A DNA stretch of 64,000 nt from an uncultured cyanobacterium (GTDB lineage Bacteria > Cyanobacteriota > Cyanobacteriia > PCC-9006 > JAAUQQ01). The stretch covers positions 5,792,001 through 5,856,000 of the forward strand of contig OY970368.1 in assembly GCA_963718615.1 (NCBI GenBank), written 5' to 3'. Within the stretch, counting starts at the first letter, position 1; every line of letters begins with the position of its first letter. The notes beneath the pieces are model-generated. The model was not told where the DNA came from, searched no databases, and saw only the letters and a program-made list of their open reading frames with translations. The position numbers and the translations under genes were made by a program. Positions 60,041 through 64,000 of this stretch are shown in pieces.

Positions 60041-62268
60041 GCAGCGGGGCACCCTTAGAACCACAGTCTTCTCTCTCGGGAAAAGAGCGATCGCTTCCCC
60101 TCCGCCTAGTCCTGACCCTGCCATTTTTGTTGCAAATTGCCCTGGTCATCGGCCTGGTCAGCTATCTCTCCTTGCGCAACGGTCAACGCTCCATCGCTCA
60201 GGTGGTCCAACAAATCCAGCGGGAAACCAGCTACAGCGCCTCCCACCGGATTCAGCAATATCTAAGCACCGCTGAGCGAGTTAATCGGTTTAATGCGGAG
60301 GCGATCGCCTCCCAGTCCATCGATCCCCAGAACTACGAGGTCCTCACCCAGCTCTTTTGGTCCCAGCGCTTTTTGTTTGCCCTGGAGCCGCCGGGGGGGA
60401 TTTATTTTGGCACCGAACAGGGTGAATTGCAGGGGGTGGTGCTCAAGACTCAACCCTACCCCCGCTGGGAGCTGACCCGTGCCGGAGCGCTCACCCAAGG
60501 CCGCTATTGGGTCTACCGAGCCACGCCCGAGGGGTTGCCAGGGGAGCGGGTCGAAGACTTCCGGCTCTATGATCCGCGCCAGCGCCCCTGGTATCAGCAG
60601 GCCATCGCCCAAGGCGGCCCCATTTGGACCGATCTCTATGTCGATTTCACTGAACTCAAACTGGCGATCACGGCAGCGGAACCGGTTTACAACGCCCAAA
60701 ACCAGCTCCAAGGAGTAGTCGGAACGGATATTGTGCTGGATCGGCTGCAAACGATTTTGCAAAGTGTGACCTCTAGCCCCGCCGCTGTCAGTTATGTGAT
60801 CGATGCCTCGGGGTTATTGATTGCTAGCTCCACCGGACCCGCTCCGCTCAAGGTCTTATCTCGGATTAATCCCACGGATCCCGAGCCCGAAATCCAGCGG
60901 CTGGCCGCCGTCAATCATCCCAATCCGCTGATTCGCAGCAGTGGTCAAATTTTGAGCCAGGAGGGGGGGCAAGCCAGGGGGCTAGTGACTAGTGGATTAG
61001 GTGAGCGATCGCTCACCTACAAAAGTCCCAACGGTCGCGCTTTCTTGAACGTCACGCCTCTGAGGGCCAAGTCTCAGATTGATTGGCAACTCGTGACGGT
61101 CATCCCAGAACGTGACTTCGCGGCTCAAATCCGGGCCAGTCAGCACCAAACCCTCGGCATTTCCGCTTTAGCCCTTCTCCTCACTCTCGCCCTGGGGGGC
61201 TGGCTCAACCGCAGCTTGGCCAAGCCCATCCTGGGGCTACGGGATGCGGCCCAAGCCGCCACCCAGCAGACCTGGAGCCTAGCCCTCTCGTTGCCGCCCA
61301 GTTTTTTCCAGGAGATGACCGATTTAGGCTATGCCTTCCGGGTGATGACGCTGCGGCTCCAGGAGGCCTTTGCCCGTCTCGAAGACCGGGTGGCGGAACG
61401 CAAACAGCAGCTCTCCGAAAAAATTGACACCCTCCAGACCCTCCAATCCCAGCTGATCGAAATGGAAAAAATGGCTGCCTTAGGAGAGCTCGTGGGCGGC
61501 ATTGCCCAGGCCATGGGCCGTCCGTTGCAGGCTGCTGAGGCGATCGCCCAAGACATCGACCAGCAGCTCCAAACCCTCCAAACCCAAACTTTTCTGTCCC
61601 AAACCTCCCCCACCCTGGCGCTCCAGGCGATCGCCCAGACGCTGCCCCCCTTGCTCGCCGCCAATCGCCTCCTCCAGCAAGAACTGGAACAGACCGGCGA
61701 TCTGGTCACCAGTTTTAAACAAGTCGCCGTTGATCAATCCAGTGAAACCTGTCGCCCGTTTCGTCTTATTCCTTATCTCAAACAGGTTGAAGATAGCGTG
61801 ATGCCTCGCTTCCAGGCTATGGGCTTAAGGTACCGGCTCCAGAGCAGCGTGGGCGAGGACCTAGTGCTTCATAGCTATCCCGGTGCGATCGCCCAAGTCC
61901 TGACCCAACTGATCGAAAACGCCCTTTGGCATGGCTATGGGATTTCTCCCTTTCCCCATTCCCCCTTGCCGATCTCTGCCGAGGCCGGTCCGGTCCTGGA
62001 GTCACCCACCCTTGATCTTGAAATTTGGACCGATTGCGATCGCGTGATTCTCTGTTTAAGCGATCGGGGCCAGGGCATTGCGCCAGAACACCTCGATCAA
62101 ATTTTTAAGCCCTTTTTCACCACTGGTCGCGACCTCGGGTTCAAAGGTTTAGGGCTCGCGGTGGTTTCAAACCTGGTGATCCAAACCCTGCAAGGCACGA
62201 TTGATTGCCGCAGTAAACTGGGCGAAGGGACGTCGTTTGTGTTGAATTTACCGCGAGATTTACCGTGA
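60037..62268 (+). CDS. Membrane Cache-domain sensor histidine kinase with degenerate H-box (pseudokinase)
   Basis: TM-dCache-TM-HAMP-DHp-HATPase; EKMAALGELVGGIAQAMGRP lacks His; DRGQGI, FKPFFTT, GLGL retained. Confidence 0.88.
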   Translation: MSSGAPLEPQSSLSGKERSLPLRLVLTLPFLLQIALVIGLVSYLSLRNGQRSIAQVVQQIQRETSYSASHRIQQYLSTAERVNRFNAEAIASQSIDPQNYEVLTQLFWSQRFLFALEPPGGIYFGTEQGELQGVVLKTQPYPRWELTRAGALTQGRYWVYRATPEGLPGERVEDFRLYDPRQRPWYQQAIAQGGPIWTDLYVDFTELKLAITAAEPVYNAQNQLQGVVGTDIVLDRLQTILQSVTSSPAAVSYVIDASGLLIASSTGPAPLKVLSRINPTDPEPEIQRLAAVNHPNPLIRSSGQILSQEGGQARGLVTSGLGERSLTYKSPNGRAFLNVTPLRAKSQIDWQLVTVIPERDFAAQIRASQHQTLGISALALLLTLALGGWLNRSLAKPILGLRDAAQAATQQTWSLALSLPPSFFQEMTDLGYAFRVMTLRLQEAFARLEDRVAERKQQLSEKIDTLQTLQSQLIEMEKMAALGELVGGIAQAMGRPLQAAEAIAQDIDQQLQTLQTQTFLSQTSPTLALQAIAQTLPPLLAANRLLQQELEQTGDLVTSFKQVAVDQSSETCRPFRLIPYLKQVEDSVMPRFQAMGLRYRLQSSVGEDLVLHSYPGAIAQVLTQLIENALWHGYGISPFPHSPLPISAEAGPVLESPTLDLEIWTDCDRVILCLSDRGQGIAPEHLDQIFKPFFTTGRDLGFKGLGLAVVSNLVIQTLQGTIDCRSKLGEGTSFVLNLPRDLP

Positions 62269-62293
62269 GATTTATCGCGAGATTTATCGCGAG
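62246..62293. repeat. 12-bp tandem repeat atttaYcgYgag x4 spanning the kinase stop codon
   Basis: atttaccgcgag atttaccgtgag atttatcgcgag atttatcgcgag. Confidence 0.88.
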
Positions 62294-62317
62294 TCGTGGA
62301 GCCGGAGCGTTAATCCC

Positions 62318-64000
62318 ATGGCTATAGCCCCCCGCACTGGACAGTGGCCCTTGCGACAGTGGCCCTTGAAACAGTGGCCCTTGCGACAGTGGCCCTTGCG
62401 ATCGCTCCTCACCTGGCCGTTCTTATCAGAAATTGTGCTGGTCGTGGGCCTAATGGGTGGCGTTGCGTTTTACCACGGCGAGCGCACGGTTTATCGGTTG
62501 GCCCAGAGGCTAGAGCATCAAGTCAGTCGCAACCTGGAAACACGAATTCTCAGCTATTTTGAGGTTCCCCGTGCGCTCAACGCGATCAATGCCCATCTGC
62601 TAGCGCAAAACCGACTGTTGCCCGAATCGGCAGAGCGTCTGCTCACCCCTGCTGAAGTCGATCGCATTACTCAATTATTTTGGCGGGATAAGAGTCTCCA
62701 CGGGGAGCTCACGGCCTCTGCCCTATATCTGGGTCGTCCGACGGGGGAATTTGTGGGTCTGGGCTTGCAAAGCGGTGGCACTTGGCAAATTGGGCGCGTG
62801 GGGCCGGACACCGGGGGAAAATTTCACAGCTATGGGGTCGATGACCAGGGCCTAGCGACGGACCTCCTGGCGGTGGGCAAAGCTTACGATCCTCGACAAC
62901 GACCTTGGTATGAAATGGCGGTGCGGTCTCAAGCCCAAGCCCAGCCCCAGTGGCTCGATCTCTATGTCGATTTCAAAGAGCAGCGGCTGAAAACAACCCT
63001 CGCCCAAGCGCTCTATGATCCCCAAACCGGTGAACTCCAGGGCGTTGTAGGTGCCGATCTTGTCCTCGACCATATCACTCGGTTCCTCCAGGATCTGACG
63101 GTCAGCCCCTCGGGCAGATTGTTTGTGCTGGAGACTTCAGGGTTAATCGTGGCAACCTCTGAGACTAATGCGCCCCTGCTCCAGGAAAGTCGTCAGGGGG
63201 TTGAGCGAATTGCAGCAATTAATACCTCCGATGAACTGATTCGTCAGGCGGCCCTTGCCTTGGTTCCCACCTTTGGCCCCTTGGCCAGGATTCAAGCGAA
63301 TTGGTCTGTGGTTCGCCTTGACGGTGAACCGGTTTTTTTGCAGGTGCACCCCCTGCACAATGATCTGGGGCTCAACTGGTTGATTGTCGTCGCGATTCCT
63401 GAACGGGACTTTATGGGACCCATCCGCGACAATACCCGCAAAACCCTCTTGCTTTGCGCCCTAGCTATGCTGCTGGCCATTGGCATTAGCACGCTCACCG
63501 CCCGCTGGGTTGCCCAACCCATTGCCCAGCTCAATCAGTCTTCCCAGGCGATCGCCCGAGGCCAGTGGCAAGCCACCCTCCCCCCTGAAACCACCCACAG
63601 CACCGAGGTGAACCAGCTCAATCGCGCCTTTGCCACCATGGCCCATCAGCTCCAAGCCTCCTATACCGGCCTGGAACAGGAAGTCGCCCAGCGCACGGCC
63701 ACCCTGACTCAAACCCTCAAAACCCTTCAGCAGACCCAGCAGCAGCTCATCGAAGCCGAAAAAATGGCAGGCTTGGGCAGCTTGGTGGCCGGGGTGGCCC
63801 ATGAAATCAATACCCCCGTGGGGAATAGCCTGATGGCCGCGTCGATTTTCACCGCCGAAACCGAATCACTCCTCTTAGAACTCACCCCCCATCGTCCGGT
63901 GGATGCCGCGCTCAAACAGCTCCTGGTTGATTACTTTGACATGGCCCTGGAAAGTAGCTGCCTGACCCTGGATAATCTGCACCGGGCTCATCGGTTGCTC
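62318..64000 (+). CDS. Membrane Cache-domain sensor histidine kinase (intact H-box; runs off window end)
   Basis: Not in the ORF track. Manual translation from ATG 62318: MAIAPRTGQWPLR...SLLTWPF...YDPRQRPWY...EKMAGLGSLVAGVAHEINTPVG, all in one frame. Confidence 0.9.
   Translation, partial: MAIAPRTGQWPLRQWPLKQWPLRQWPLRSLLTWPFLSEIVLVVGLMGGVAFYHGERTVYRLAQRLEHQVSRNLETRILSYFEVPRALNAINAHLLAQNRLLPESAERLLTPAEVDRITQLFWRDKSLHGELTASALYLGRPTGEFVGLGLQSGGTWQIGRVGPDTGGKFHSYGVDDQGLATDLLAVGKAYDPRQRPWYEMAVRSQAQAQPQWLDLYVDFKEQRLKTTLAQALYDPQTGELQGVVGADLVLDHITRFLQDLTVSPSGRLFVLETSGLIVATSETNAPLLQESRQGVERIAAINTSDELIRQAALALVPTFGPLARIQANWSVVRLDGEPVFLQVHPLHNDLGLNWLIVVAIPERDFMGPIRDNTRKTLLLCALAMLLAIGISTLTARWVAQPIAQLNQSSQAIARGQWQATLPPETTHSTEVNQLNRAFATMAHQLQASYTGLEQEVAQRTATLTQTLKTLQQTQQQLIEAEKMAGLGSLVAGVAHEINTPVGNSLMAASIFTAETESLLLELTPHRPVDAALKQLLVDYFDMALESSCLTLDNLHRAHRLL
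62341..62400. repeat. 15-bp tandem repeat acagtggcccttgcg x4 (in frame, QWPLR/K)
   Basis: Read directly. Confidence 0.9.

Noticed and set aside
62344-62562. 72-aa ORF MALATVALETVALAT as a small secreted peptide
   Set aside because: It is an alternate-frame reading of the 15-bp repeat inside the kinase that starts at 62318

Overview
Cyanobacterial chromosome segment, judged from dense HIP1 GCGATCGC octamers, psaE, PSRP-3, the rpoB/rpoC1/rpoC2 split, atpD-atpC and a cyAbrB regulator. It contains: (i) a nine-gene minus-strand cluster at 1-10480 that looks like a polyprenol-linked amino-sugar synthesis, tailoring and GT-C transfer system, divergent from a PPIase-HlyB-HlyD type I secretion operon; (ii) core housekeeping genes; (iii) an AT-rich, HIP1-free orphan membrane gene right after the rpoC2 terminator, flanked by ISAzo13-like and IS982-like relics; (iv) an NB-ARC/WD40 gene overlapping (ATGA) a Cache histidine kinase that has lost its phospho-acceptor His, followed by an intact paralogous kinase. 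Other points of interest are a Glu-type (PTPS-III-like) QueD paralog, a 25-bp palindrome just upstream of the putative rpoB promoter, and many unrelated 11-16 bp tandem duplications near gene ends. I saw no rRNA, tRNA or CRISPR array. All calls are by-eye motif recognition; no database search was run.
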